Source: an uncultured Candidatus Poseidoniales archaeon (GTDB lineage Archaea > Thermoplasmatota > Poseidoniia > Poseidoniales > Thalassarchaeaceae). From it: DNA of 64,000 nucleotides. How positions within the stretch are numbered: position 1 is the stretch's first letter; the number at the start of each line of letters is the position of its first letter. The notes under the pieces were generated by a model. That model ran no database searches and was not told the DNA's origin. It worked only from the letters and a program-made list of their open reading frames with translations. Below, piece by piece: positions 13,797-25,200 of this stretch. The stretch is from assembly GCA_963934015.1 (NCBI GenBank), contig CAWVWT010000001.1, forward strand, positions 120,574-184,573, given 5' to 3'. Both the position numbers and the translations under genes were made by a program.

Positions 13797-14566
13797 TCCT
13801 TCGGGAAGAGGGTGTTCGCAGTTTCAACTATTTCGTCTATATGTTTACAGAGAAAACCCTTCACGAAATCATTCACAGGATTGTTATAAACGTCCAACGG
13901 CGCACCATGTTGTTGCAATTCACCGTCATTTAGAATAGCGATTCTATCTGCCAATGTCATCGCTTCAATCTGGTCGTGTGTGACATAGACAGTTGTGGTT
14001 CCAAGCGTATCGTGAATACGGCGAATCTCAGCGCGCATATGGTGACGGAGTTCGGCATCTAGATTGGAAAGTGGTTCGTCCATTAGCAAAACCTTTGGTC
14101 GGCGAATCAAAGCTCGACCCAGAGCCACACGCTGACGCTGACCACCAGAGAGTTGCTTGGGTTTTTTGTCGAGTTGGTCGGCTAGTTCCATCAATTTGGC
14201 CGTCTCCTGTACCCGCTTGACAATCTCTTCATCAGACAAACGATCTTCCCCTTTTGCCATGCGTAAACCGAAGGAAAGATTCTCTGAAATCGACATATGT
14301 GGATACAGTGCATACGATTGGAAAACCATGCCCAAACCACGTGCTCCAGGCGGTAAATCGTTCACTTTGGCACCGTCAATTCTGATATTTCCAGCACTTA
14401 CATCTTCAAGGCCGGCTAGCATGCGCAAAGTCGTTGATTTACCACAACCGCTGGGCCCTAAAAGAACAAGGAATTCGCCATCTTTAACCTCGAGATTGAG
14501 GTCTTTGACCGCCTCAAATCCGTTCTCATATCGCTTTGTTACACTTTCATATCGTACTTCGACCAT
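13793..14566 (-). CDS. malK: Sugar ABC transporter ATP-binding protein (MalK/MsmX-like), no C-terminal regulatory domain
   Basis: GPSGCGKST, VFQSYALYPHM, LSGGQRQRVALGRA, LLMDEPLSNLDA, YVTHDQIEAMTLAD. ATG at 14566 preceded by GGTGA. Confidence 0.9.
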
Positions 14567-14570
14567 AGTA

Positions 14571-15818
14571 TCACCCTTTGACGCTCCCTGCACTGAGTCC
14601 TTGAATCAAGAACTTCTGAAAAATGATGAATAATATCACTACTGGAATGCTCACCAAAAGGGAGGCGGCGGCAAAGTCACCCCATGCTTGACCTGTAGAA
14701 GAAATGAGGCTGGCCAGACCAACGGGGAGTGTGTACATGTCGTTTGAAGTATTGAATGTCAAAGCCAGAAGATATTCGTTCCATGCCGCTAGGAAACTGA
14801 ACAAGGCGGTTACTGCTACCGCTGGAAGTGAAAGTGGCAAGATCACCCGCCAGAATACTTCGAATTGATTGCACCCCTCCAGGAGAGCGGCCTCTTCCAA
14901 TTCCCTGGGAACTGTATCAAAGAAGCCCTTCAGCATCCAAACACAAAGTGGCAACGCGGTCACTGAATATGCGAGAATTAGGCCGAGACTTGTATTCAGT
15001 AACCCCAATGATTTCATGACCATGAAATAGGGAACTAGAATGATGATTCCAGGGAACATCTGTACTAGTAAGAAGGCAAACATCGATCCTTCGCGTCCAG
15101 AGAAACGGAACCGACTGAAGGCATAGGCTGCTGGCACTGCAAGGGCGAGACCCATCAGGGTTGTACCGATGCTAACAATCAGTGAATTGCGCATCCATAT
15201 CCAGAAACTCGAATCCCCACCGAGCATCTTGGAGAAGTGCTCTCCTGTCCAATCAGAGACACCAATGTCCCCCCCAAGGATATTGCCGGGTGACATCGCA
15301 ACATCAAGAATCCAGAGTACAGGAAAGAGGATGAGCATGACTGCATGTAGGAGTAAGATGTGAGAGCCGATTGCCCCCAAACGTGGCGCTATACGCTTGT
15401 TTCGAGCCAAACCATCCTCAGCACCCTGCACTGATAACAAGCCCTTGGCCCAAGCCGAAATGACAGGAGATGAAAGCCACCAAAGTGCAAGTATAGCGGG
15501 TCCGACCAGCCACAGTGTCGACCATATGTCGATGACCATCCGCATTCCAGCAGCATAGTGAATGACACCGATGATTAGGACAAGACCCGCTTTGCCTATG
15601 GCCACATCCCGCTTCCATGTCTGCTCACCATTTGGTAACACCAACCAGAGGACGAGTAATGCAAATGCGCCGAGCAATGAAAGTTGAAAGGCCAGTGAAT
15701 CTTCACGAATCCATTCAATACTCGAAAGTAGGATGTTGACGCCGACTGCGACGGGTAACCACAGACGAAGTGTCGCGATTTCCTGTGGTTCATACCACCG
15801 CTGTGAAAGGGACTTCAT
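14571..15818 (-). CDS. malG: Maltodextrin ABC transporter permease (MalG-like) with extra N-terminal TM segment
   Basis: WMRNSLIVS, AYAFSRFRF, FLLVQMFP, KGFFDTVPRELEEAALLEG (EAA loop), AWNEYLLA. Confidence 0.88.
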   Translation of the reverse strand: MKSLSQRWYEPQEIATLRLWLPVAVGVNILLSSIEWIREDSLAFQLSLLGAFALLVLWLVLPNGEQTWKRDVAIGKAGLVLIIGVIHYAAGMRMVIDIWSTLWLVGPAILALWWLSSPVISAWAKGLLSVQGAEDGLARNKRIAPRLGAIGSHILLLHAVMLILFPVLWILDVAMSPGNILGGDIGVSDWTGEHFSKMLGGDSSFWIWMRNSLIVSIGTTLMGLALAVPAAYAFSRFRFSGREGSMFAFLLVQMFPGIIILVPYFMVMKSLGLLNTSLGLILAYSVTALPLCVWMLKGFFDTVPRELEEAALLEGCNQFEVFWRVILPLSLPAVAVTALFSFLAAWNEYLLALTFNTSNDMYTLPVGLASLISSTGQAWGDFAAASLLVSIPVVILFIIFQKFLIQGLSAGSVKG

Positions 15819-18412
15819 GCACTCGCCTCCGTCGCATTACTTCGCTTCAGATATACCCATGAAAATACCACGAGCATGATGAAGATCACCACTGACCAAG
15901 CAGCAGCCACACCATAGGCACCATCTCGGAATGCAACATCATAGACGTATGTAATCAGAATATCTGTTTCACCGGGTTCTCCAAATCGCAGGTTGGGTCC
16001 ACCATCAGTCATCAAGTAGATGACATTGAACATATTGAATGTCCAAATGAATCCGAGAAGACTCAATGGGACCAGGGCACTCTTCAAATTAGGTAGTGTG
16101 AGGTGTCTAAATTGATACCAAGAACTGACACCATCAACCTCTGCCGCCTCATACATTTCGCTGGGTAGGGCTTGAATTGCACCACTCAATGACATCATCA
16201 TGAATGGGACACCCAGCCAGATATTGACGAGGATAACGAGGGTTTTCGCCCCAGTGGGATCCGCCAGCATCTCAAAGTCCGTACCCAATACTGAATCGAT
16301 GAGACCTTCCGGTTGTAGCATTCCTTTCCAGACGAGGACCGAAATGTATGATGGAATCGCCCACGGGAGTAGTAGAGCAGTCCGGTATGCGGTTCGCCCC
16401 TTAACGTGAGGGTTGTCTAGAACCAGAGCCAAACCAAGGCCGAGGCCGACATGTGCAACCACATTGGCAACAGTCCAAATCAATGTGAACAAGGTCACCC
16501 GTAGGAATCCAGCCGATGTGAGAACTGTGATGAAATTCTCCAATCCAACCCAAGTATTGTCGCCCAGATGACTTTGATCTGCGTTGGTAAATGATAACCA
16601 AATACCATAGATTACGGGATAGAATGTCAGTACAGCTAGAGCGATTAATGCCGGAGCGATGTAAGCGTGTGCAAGTTTACCTCGATGCTTTCCTGCCTTT
16701 GCATCACGCCATCTCAGAATGGCTAGTAAGGCAACCAAAGAGGCGACAATAGAACCGATGGCAAACAGGATTGGGCTTGTATCTGGAGAGGGCGGGAGAA
16801 TGTCACCGACTGATGTAGAGGCATTCATTGAGATGTGAAGAAATGGTTCTGCATTCCCCCCGTAGTCTACGAATACCTCAATGTGGTGAGTTCTGTCTGG
16901 AATCATTCCAGTAAGTCCACATGTCCAATTTACAGCTGATTGAGGCACAATGGCAACATCATTCACCCGCAGGAGTTCAACCCCTTCAGATGTACAAGAA
17001 TCATAACCCATACCGACTGTACCATTTCCATTGACCAACAATTCTGAATGGGATAAATTGTCAACATAAATATGGTAAGAAATTGCCAGCGAATCGGCTG
17101 GAACTGTGATGTCGATTGTTCTGTATCCAGGTGAGAGGGGGAACGGTTCCGAGGTCGAGTGTGAAGAGAGGATATTGTCCATCTCAGCATCAGCCCCACC
17201 TAGGGCATCCTGAGAACTTGCACTTCCACCATGGACTTGCTCAAAGGCGGTTCCAAGTGGACCGTAAACAATCGACATGGCACGTGTGGTAGGAGCCGGT
17301 GTTGCGAGTTCTGCTTGTGCGAGGAATCCAGATAGCACGGAATCAGCCTGGACTTCGGGGTCTGCCGCAGTCTCAATTGCAGTAGGCATTGTCATCGTAT
17401 CGAGTGCAAACGTCTTCTGCACAGAAGGTGATGAAAGATGCAGAGCAAGGTGGGTCGAGGATATTTTCTGCTCACTTTGTTTGGAAACAGACCACCCTTT
17501 GTAGGTGACAAGGGGCGATGCTCGCAATCCTGTTTCCTCAATAAGAGGGAGTAGTGTTTGCCCTACGTCGAGACGACCCGCCTCATATGTGGCCCAATTC
17601 CAAGGACCGTCAACAATCATGGCCGCTTCAGATTGGATAAATTGAGATTCCATGGTCTCACCAACAGTACCTGTACGTACAACCTCATGCTCTTGCTCAA
17701 GGGAAAGATACCAATCCAATGCTTCCGCACTCCCGTTTGAGTCAAGTGTTGGATTACCTTCCTCATCGAACAGACTGCCGCCAAATCCATTTTGGAAAGG
17801 GAACCACCAGTAAGCAACCTTGACTGGGATTGCCAAACCATACACATCACCTTGTGTGAGGTTTTCAGCAGCCCGAAGCATGTCCACTTGAGTCCAAGTC
17901 TCGTCAGGGTATGCAATGCCCTCAGCATCAAACAGTGCGCGATTGTAAAGTAATGATAGGCAATCTTGGCTGGCTGGAATACCATACAATGCGTCCCCAT
18001 ATCGCATTGCCTGCAATGCTTTGTTGTCATAGATGGCTCGTTCAGCAGGAGTAAGGTGGGGGCGAAGATCCTCTAGCAAGGGATATCCATCTACGCGGAC
18101 TTCACCGATTTCGCCCAATTGGTCACTGGAGAGGCGAACAAGGTCTGGTGCCTCCCCACCCTGCGCTGCGGTGAGATAAAGTTGATCGATGTCTCCAAAT
18201 GGAACTCCCGTAACTTCGATTTCCACATGTGGATTTGCTGCTTCAAATACATCAATTGCATCGAGGAAGGTGGCTTCTTCCTGACTTTCAGCCGCAAAGG
18301 AATGCCAAACTTCCAGTGAAATTTCAGAATCGTCAGCGGCAGCGACGAATGTTGTTGGTAATAGGAGAAGGAGAGCGAGTAATAGAGGAAAACTTCGCCT
18401 CTCCATTGACAT
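15815..18412 (-). CDS. Fused sugar-binding protein (MalE-like) and ABC permease (MalF-like)
   Basis: N-terminal family-1 SBP (EVWHSF, APDLV, LYGIP, LLYNRALF, AAMIVDGPWN); C-terminal MalF (YIAPAL, YPVIYGIWLSFTN, LLPWAIPS, VNIWLGVPFMM, MYEAAEVDG, FNMFNVIYL). Confidence 0.88.
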   Translation of the reverse strand: MSMERRSFPLLLALLLLLPTTFVAAADDSEISLEVWHSFAAESQEEATFLDAIDVFEAANPHVEIEVTGVPFGDIDQLYLTAAQGGEAPDLVRLSSDQLGEIGEVRVDGYPLLEDLRPHLTPAERAIYDNKALQAMRYGDALYGIPASQDCLSLLYNRALFDAEGIAYPDETWTQVDMLRAAENLTQGDVYGLAIPVKVAYWWFPFQNGFGGSLFDEEGNPTLDSNGSAEALDWYLSLEQEHEVVRTGTVGETMESQFIQSEAAMIVDGPWNWATYEAGRLDVGQTLLPLIEETGLRASPLVTYKGWSVSKQSEQKISSTHLALHLSSPSVQKTFALDTMTMPTAIETAADPEVQADSVLSGFLAQAELATPAPTTRAMSIVYGPLGTAFEQVHGGSASSQDALGGADAEMDNILSSHSTSEPFPLSPGYRTIDITVPADSLAISYHIYVDNLSHSELLVNGNGTVGMGYDSCTSEGVELLRVNDVAIVPQSAVNWTCGLTGMIPDRTHHIEVFVDYGGNAEPFLHISMNASTSVGDILPPSPDTSPILFAIGSIVASLVALLAILRWRDAKAGKHRGKLAHAYIAPALIALAVLTFYPVIYGIWLSFTNADQSHLGDNTWVGLENFITVLTSAGFLRVTLFTLIWTVANVVAHVGLGLGLALVLDNPHVKGRTAYRTALLLPWAIPSYISVLVWKGMLQPEGLIDSVLGTDFEMLADPTGAKTLVILVNIWLGVPFMMMSLSGAIQALPSEMYEAAEVDGVSSWYQFRHLTLPNLKSALVPLSLLGFIWTFNMFNVIYLMTDGGPNLRFGEPGETDILITYVYDVAFRDGAYGVAAAWSVVIFIMLVVFSWVYLKRSNATEASA

Positions 18413-18437
18413 CTGACGCGACCATCTCGCCTTTCAC

Positions 18438-19124
18438 TCATTCCCCGCCTACGGCGGGGAATGGCTCACCTTCGAAGATATGCGGCCAAAGCAGCCGGCA
18501 ATCCTTTTCCTGAACGTGTACGACACCTGCTTGAGCAAATCCATCGATGGCAATTTGTTTCTGTCCATTAAATCCAATAAAACCTGAACCTGGAATTCTC
18601 ATACTCAAATCGGTATGGTTGTCGCCGATACTCACGATCTCAGCGGCGTCCAAGTTGTGAATTCTTGCCATTTTAGCGACCATTTCTTCCTTGTGATGGG
18701 CTGGAACTCTAACCTCACCATCATCCAACAAAAATCCATCATCATCATACTGAAACCCATTGGCGATCCAATCATCAACTTTGAGGATCTTCGCAATCGA
18801 ACCAATGAGAAGGTCGACACCAGCGCTAACAATGGCAACAAGAATACCACGTGACTGTAACGCTTCGACGAGTTCCCGCGCTCCAGTCATCAACTTAACG
18901 CCCTGATAACAGCGCATCAATTCATCTCGATGGATTTGAGGTTGCACACTCTTCCACAGGCCGATATCATCAGCCATGAATTCGGCGTCACTCACCTCTC
19001 CTCGAAGGAAGCGATCAAGCATTTCCCCACTATTCGTACCGAAATGCTCGTGAATAATTCGCCATGAGGAGATGGTATCGATCAACACACCATCACAGTC
19101 GAAACAAACAGCCTTGATTGACAT
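18438..19124 (-). CDS. HAD-superfamily phosphatase (phosphoserine-phosphatase-like)
   Basis: FDCDGVL (motif I), IVSAG (II), Lys (III), IGDNHTD (IV). ATG 19124; the track extension runs through the hairpin region. Confidence 0.85.
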   Translation of the reverse strand: MSIKAVCFDCDGVLIDTISSWRIIHEHFGTNSGEMLDRFLRGEVSDAEFMADDIGLWKSVQPQIHRDELMRCYQGVKLMTGARELVEALQSRGILVAIVSAGVDLLIGSIAKILKVDDWIANGFQYDDDGFLLDDGEVRVPAHHKEEMVAKMARIHNLDAAEIVSIGDNHTDLSMRIPGSGFIGFNGQKQIAIDGFAQAGVVHVQEKDCRLLWPHIFEGEPFPAVGGE

Positions 19125-19182
19125 AGGAACACCGTATGTACCGACGAAAGGGTACCCGGTCAAGAAGGAATGGGAGCAAGGA

Positions 19183-19259
19183 CCCCACTCCGCCGAAGCG
19201 GAGTGGGGGCTCAGAGGGGGCACCCGAAGGGCGCCCCACACTGCCACCGTTCGGGTGGC
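19183..19259 (-). terminator. Three tandem GC-rich hairpins immediately 3' of the giant gene (terminator or mRNA stabiliser)
   Basis: Minus strand: GCCACC-CGAAC-GGTGGC; GGGGCGCCC-TTC-GGGTGCCCC; CCCCACTCCGC-TTCG-GCGGAGTGGGG (perfect 11 bp, cUUCGg loop); then a pyrimidine-rich tract. Confidence 0.65.
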
Positions 19260-19284
19260 CCCTGTGGTTATCTCTCAATTGTAC

Positions 19285-22200
19285 TCAGAACACTGCCTTC
19301 AAACTTGGCGGGTTGTACTGCGCTGCGAATGTCATCAAGATGACAGCGGTACCACCAGCTGGTGCGTACTGCAGTGTAACCTGTGCGTTCTCAATGGTCT
19401 CACCAGATGTTGGGTCAACCATGCGTATTCGGATCTCGTCAGAGGCTCCAAATCCTGCGGAACAATCTACGTTACAATCGATGCTATCCTTGTAGGTCAC
19501 CAACGCTGAGCTGCTGCTCGGAGCGAATCCGTACACGCCATCAGGGTTGGCCAAACTGGTACGCTCACTGTGAACTGTACCTGCTTCATCAGTCCATTGA
19601 ACAACAACATACACTGCCTGAGTGGCAAGTTCATTGTCGTGAGTTTGGACGTTGATGTTCCAATACAAGTTACCCTGTGGATCATCAATCACTGCTTCAG
19701 GACCAAAGGTCAAACGAGGAGTTGCCTTTCCGCCTGCATCTGAGGCTAGGCTGTTTGCCCAGACATAGATTACACCGGACAGGACCACAGTGATTGCAAC
19801 GAGTAGAATCGTTGCAATCACTGGGCTAACTGCCGCATCATCGTCGGAGAGGGACTCCATGAGTTCCTCTTCGTCTTCCTCTCGGCGGGAGCCCATGAGG
19901 AGAGCGCCAACAAAGGCGCCCACCAGACTCACTGCCATGAGGCCCGGGGCGAAGCTAGCAACCGAGGTTGCTGGGCGAAGACGTACCATCTGTGGTAGTT
20001 CCTGTGCCGTGTCGTCCGTGGTCATGTTGTTGTCCTCCCAGTTCTTCTCTTCAAGCACAGGTCGACGGATCGAGTTGTCGATGTAATCATCTGTGTGCGG
20101 GTTAATCGTTCGCACTTCGATGAAGGCTCGTACCTGCTCAGATGGGTTGTTCAGAGTCACGTATCCGTTGATTACTGTCGTCTCGCCAATACCTGGCACT
20201 TCACCAGCGTCCCAGGACAGTGTTATCTGTTCCTGAATCAGTGTTGGGTTGTCGTCCACGTAGAAGCGAACCTGCACATCGTGTCCGTAGTTGTACAGAC
20301 TTGGGTCATCACCAGTGTTGGTGATGATCACGTCGACTGGCACGCGCGTACCTGGTAGCACTGCATCAATGGTGTAGAAGTCAAATCCAGGTCGCTCGTT
20401 GTCAGGTTGCCCTGCGTTCAAGTTACAGTCACCAGCTTCTTCACAGAATTGGTAATCTGGTTTTGCTTCCTCAACATTCGTTACCTTGATGTGAATCGTC
20501 TCACGGATACTGCGCTGCTCGTAAACACCTGAGGGGCTCTGCGCGTAGTCGATGTGACTTGGCGCTGAAGCCGTATCGTGCATCCAAAGATAGACAGTAC
20601 AGTATTCACCACTCGCAGGTCGCGCCTGGTGTACACCACCATCGGCGACACCGTCACCGTCTGCATCCTGCAAGAAGTCAATCTCGGTGGTTGGAGCATT
20701 GGTTGCTGCATCATCAATCAGGTCGATTGAAATTGTGTCATCATCGTTGTCCACTGTAATCGAGAAGTAGTTCTCGTAAACACACAAGGATGTCTCTTCA
20801 ACTGACCACATCAACTGGTCAACCGGGTGATCGTTGTCAGCCATAAGGCGACTTAGATCCCAAGTCAAGTTGCTGGCGTCCTCATCGTCTTCCGTGACTT
20901 CCCACATCCAATCTAGTTCCATGTTGCCGTTAGCAACTTCAACGAATTGGTTGTTGTTAGCATCGAAGTCCAAGATTTGAGGCTGGTCGTTGACCGGGTT
21001 CACAATGAAGTTCACCGTTACATCCGATGCTTCCGCGTTAGCGTTTGCATTGTCTGTTAGACTGAGCACGATGTCACAGTCGCCACCGGCCTCGTTCAAG
21101 GTGTTTTCAGCAATCGTGAGTACGTTCGACCCAATGTCTGAAGCGAATGGCACACAAGTGCCCTCATCCTCAGTCCATGTGTAGATCTGTGGTACCGACT
21201 CTGTGTTCCAATCCGTCTGTGACTGCTCGTTCGCCATATCGACGACGTACGAGCGAGTTGCGTTGGACGTGTCACCAAGTTCCTTGGTGATGAGACCGTT
21301 GAAGTTCTCATCGTGGACGTTCAGGTTACCGTCACCGTCATCATAGAAGACTGGTTGACAGTCGAAGCGGTTCGTGTTACAGATCTCTGGTGCGTCGTTG
21401 ACGTTCCAGATACCGACTTCCATCGTCTGCGTTGCGCTGAGACCGTCACTGTCTGTGACAGTCAGCTGCAGGCGGTGGCCTCCGAACTGATTCTCGAGTG
21501 TATCAACACCCAATGTCTGACCAGCCAAGCTGTAATCATACGGTGTTGGGTAACTGTGAGAGTTCGTCGAAGCGTCTGTCACAGACCACATCAGACCCGA
21601 GGATGCATCCTGATAGTCGCTGCCCTTGTCGGTTAGCGTAATCGTATGCGATCCTGAATCTTCATCGTATGATACATCTACCAAGTTCTCGATGATTGGC
21701 TTGGCACGCATGATATCGATTGTGATATCCTGGTTCGTCGTCATCACCAGTGGTGCGACGGAGTCGTCCCAGTCCCAGTAGTCGCCTTCCGCGTTGCGGA
21801 CCTTGACCATGATCTGGTATGCGTGTGGGTCACCTGGAGCGCTACCTGTGCCAACGTAACTTCGCAATAGCAGCAGGTGGTCATCCAGTGTACCGTCAGC
21901 GAGGTCGCCTCCAACGAGGTTGAAGTTACCGAACTGACCGAAGGTCTGACCCGAGGTTGTTGTTGCATTGAATGGCTGTTCTGGGAACACGCCTGCAACT
22001 TGACCATCTTGGCCGAATGGGGAATCCCACTGTACCATTGCAATCCAGCGAACATCTTCAGTTGGGTTACCAAGGCAGTCCCATGGAACACGGAATTCAC
22101 TCACTGGAGTGGTCGTGTACGGGTTGCCCATGAAGATACTCGAGGTGATTTGCGGGCAACTTGAGGTCACATCGACCCAGTTACCTGTTGGCATGACCTT

Positions 22201-25200
22201 GCGCAGACCCCAGTTGTTGAGATCTTCCATCCACAGCATGTAGTCTGCCTTGATTGGCAGAGTGTGCTGTGAGTGCCAGTTGTCGCCAGTTGACGAACCA
22301 CCTGGAGCTGTGTCGAGGTAGAACAGACCATCCGTTGTCACGAAGGTTGGACCCACGAGTGCAACGAACATGTAGTTCGAATCCCATGTCACGCGCATGT
22401 GCGCCTGTGTGGTTGCGTTCACAGCAACTGCACCGGGCATCATGTCGTCGGCTTCGTTCAGCATGTTGGTACCGAGCCAATCCCAGAGGATACCATCAAC
22501 GGTGATGGTTCGGCCAGGGCTGCTTCGCCACGATGGGCTGACATACTCGGCGCGACCACCAGGCACAGCAACTTGCTCGCCTGTAGCGTAGTTGGTAGCC
22601 ATGGATAGGCTGCGGATGTACAATCCAACATCAGTGGCTGGGTTGCCCATGTGTAGAACGGTCAAGTCCAGGAGGTTGCCCTCGTGAACAATTGCGTCTG
22701 CATCGACAGTCAACTTGCTTGGCATCCACTGGCTAATCATGGAACCATTGTTGAGTACACCGTTACCGATACTGGTTACCGTTGAGAACGGACCTGCATT
22801 GATTTGTGTTGCAACGCCTCCACAGCTTCCCATGTTAGCTGCAATCCATGCTGGATCAGCTGAGTAACACGAGTAGGTGTCTTCCCACATGAGTGGGATT
22901 TCCATCAGACCATACAAGGGGTGATTGTAGTTGTGAATACCCGACATGTTCTCGATGGAGCCTGTAGCACCATTGATTGTCTTGAGGACTGTGTGTCCCT
23001 GAGCAAGACCGCCATTCCAACGGAAGTCGTCGTGGCCATCAGCAAGAACACCAACCGCAGCATTGACCGATAGTCCGGTCATGTCAAGGTCGTGGAATCC
23101 GCTCTCAGTCACAGCATTGAGACCTACACCGTAGGTTCCGTTGGCTACAACTGTTGCACCGTTCGTTGATACATCGACGTTTGTCACTTCAACAGCTGTT
23201 GCATCACCGAGGATGGTGGTGCCGCCTGCCATGTGCAGGTCACCGCCTTCCATAGCAAGACCAAGACCGTATCCAGTGACCATCACACCGTTCAGTGTGA
23301 TGTCGTCGCCGCTACCCAAGATATCGATACCAGTTGTCTGTAGGTTGTTACCTTGACAATCTGCGACATTCACTGAGCCAGTCATCGTCGTTACTGTCGA
23401 GCTGAAGTACGTGAAGTTGCCCGCATTCGTGAACTGATGCACGAAAGACGAACCGAGGTTCATCGTTCCGCTGTCCCAGCTCTCTGCTTGACCAGCATCA
23501 GATGTGGTCGTGTGTGGGGTGTTCGTACTACCATATGCACGAGATGTCCAGCGTACCGAGTCACCAGTACAGATACTGGTTAGGTGTGCTGGGCTGTAGG
23601 TACTCTGCTGGATGTCCACGTTGTGGATCCGACCTGCGCCGCCACCGAGACCGGTGTACACTGAGTTGTTGTCAGTAACCGTACATCCGTCGGAGTTGAC
23701 TGCGTTCATCACGGTCGATACCACGTTGTTTGCCATGAATACTTCATCCAAGCCACAGGCGTCTAGGTAGATACCAATAGCACTGGTTGGCAAACGGCCG
23801 GCTGAGAAGCCGATCGTGTTGTCATTGATGTAAACATCATTACCACTGGTAATACCACTAATTGCGATACCACCATCGGCATCCAGACAGGTATTACCCT
23901 CTATGGTTCCCGAACCTGCTAGCGCGTAGATACAAGCATGTGATGCATCTGAATCACCAGTAATATGGTTGTTCATGATGGCCCAATCTCGAGCACCGCG
24001 CATGTAGATTGGATTGTCAGAGGACAACGTGTTATTCTCGAGGTTGAGCCCGAAGACCGTGTAGTCCTGAGTGTATACCGTATATCCGCTCAGACTCGAC
24101 ATGGTGTTGCCGCTGACGATTGGATCGTGCGAGTTAGCATTGAGGTAGAACCACATGCAGAGGTTTGCACAATCTTCCATGCTGTTGTCACTAACTACCA
24201 GGTTTCGCTGACCGTTACCACCGTAGTAGGTGTTGGTCGCGTAGTAGTTGCTAGGTACGAATACACCAACACCACAGTTAACCATCGTGTTACCCGAGAT
24301 TACTACATCATCGTATCCAGCTGTCTGGATGCACATGTCATCGTAGTAAACCGAACTTGCACCGTTTGGAATGTTGGTTGCTGAGTCATAGTGGACCAAC
24401 AGACTGTTGGTCACTTCTAAGTCACCGTTGTTCTGGTAGTAACCACTGCCAGTTCCAATCGCTTCCAAACCGAGCAAATTGCTGTTGTTGATGTGGAAGT
24501 TACCGTAATTGGAGGTTCCAGAGTATCCTACACGGAAGTGACCCTTCACAGCACCCTTGTCACACATTGAGATGATTGTTGTGTCGTCCATGTATACGTG
24601 ACCCGTGTATGGGTATACTGTGTACATCTGGACCTGACCATTGGAACATCCCGTTGTGAAGACAGTGGAACCATTCAGCGAGACTGAACCTGATCCGATG
24701 TCGAAGTAATTGAACGGCGTGTCCATCTGAATGATCATGTTAGACATGTCATTTTCAGAGTTGTAGTAACCAATCTCATGAACATTGTCAACCGTGCGGT
24801 CACTTCGATAGTTCAAACCAGTACAAGCGGCCTGCAAATCGTAACTTGTCGTCGAATAGCTGTAACACGTACGCGCGTCAATCGATGCGGTCAATGCGGT
24901 GTTAGCCGTATTTCCTGGTGCGTCGCTTAGCGAGATTGTGTTCATTGCATATCGTATGTCAATGACCGAGCCTGATGTGTAGGCAATGGTTGCAATTGTG
25001 ACCAATTGGTAGCCTGCGAGGTTCGGTGATGTGATACCTGAACTGTCCTTCGACCATACGACGAAGGACATACCGATAATGTCACCATTGCTGTCAGTTC
25101 TACCAGAGTCAACTGCCATGTTGTCGGCATCCAGAATCTTAACTGGTGCATCGTCAACTCCGCTTCCATCAGCAGTGATTTGAATATCCAACGCACGTAG

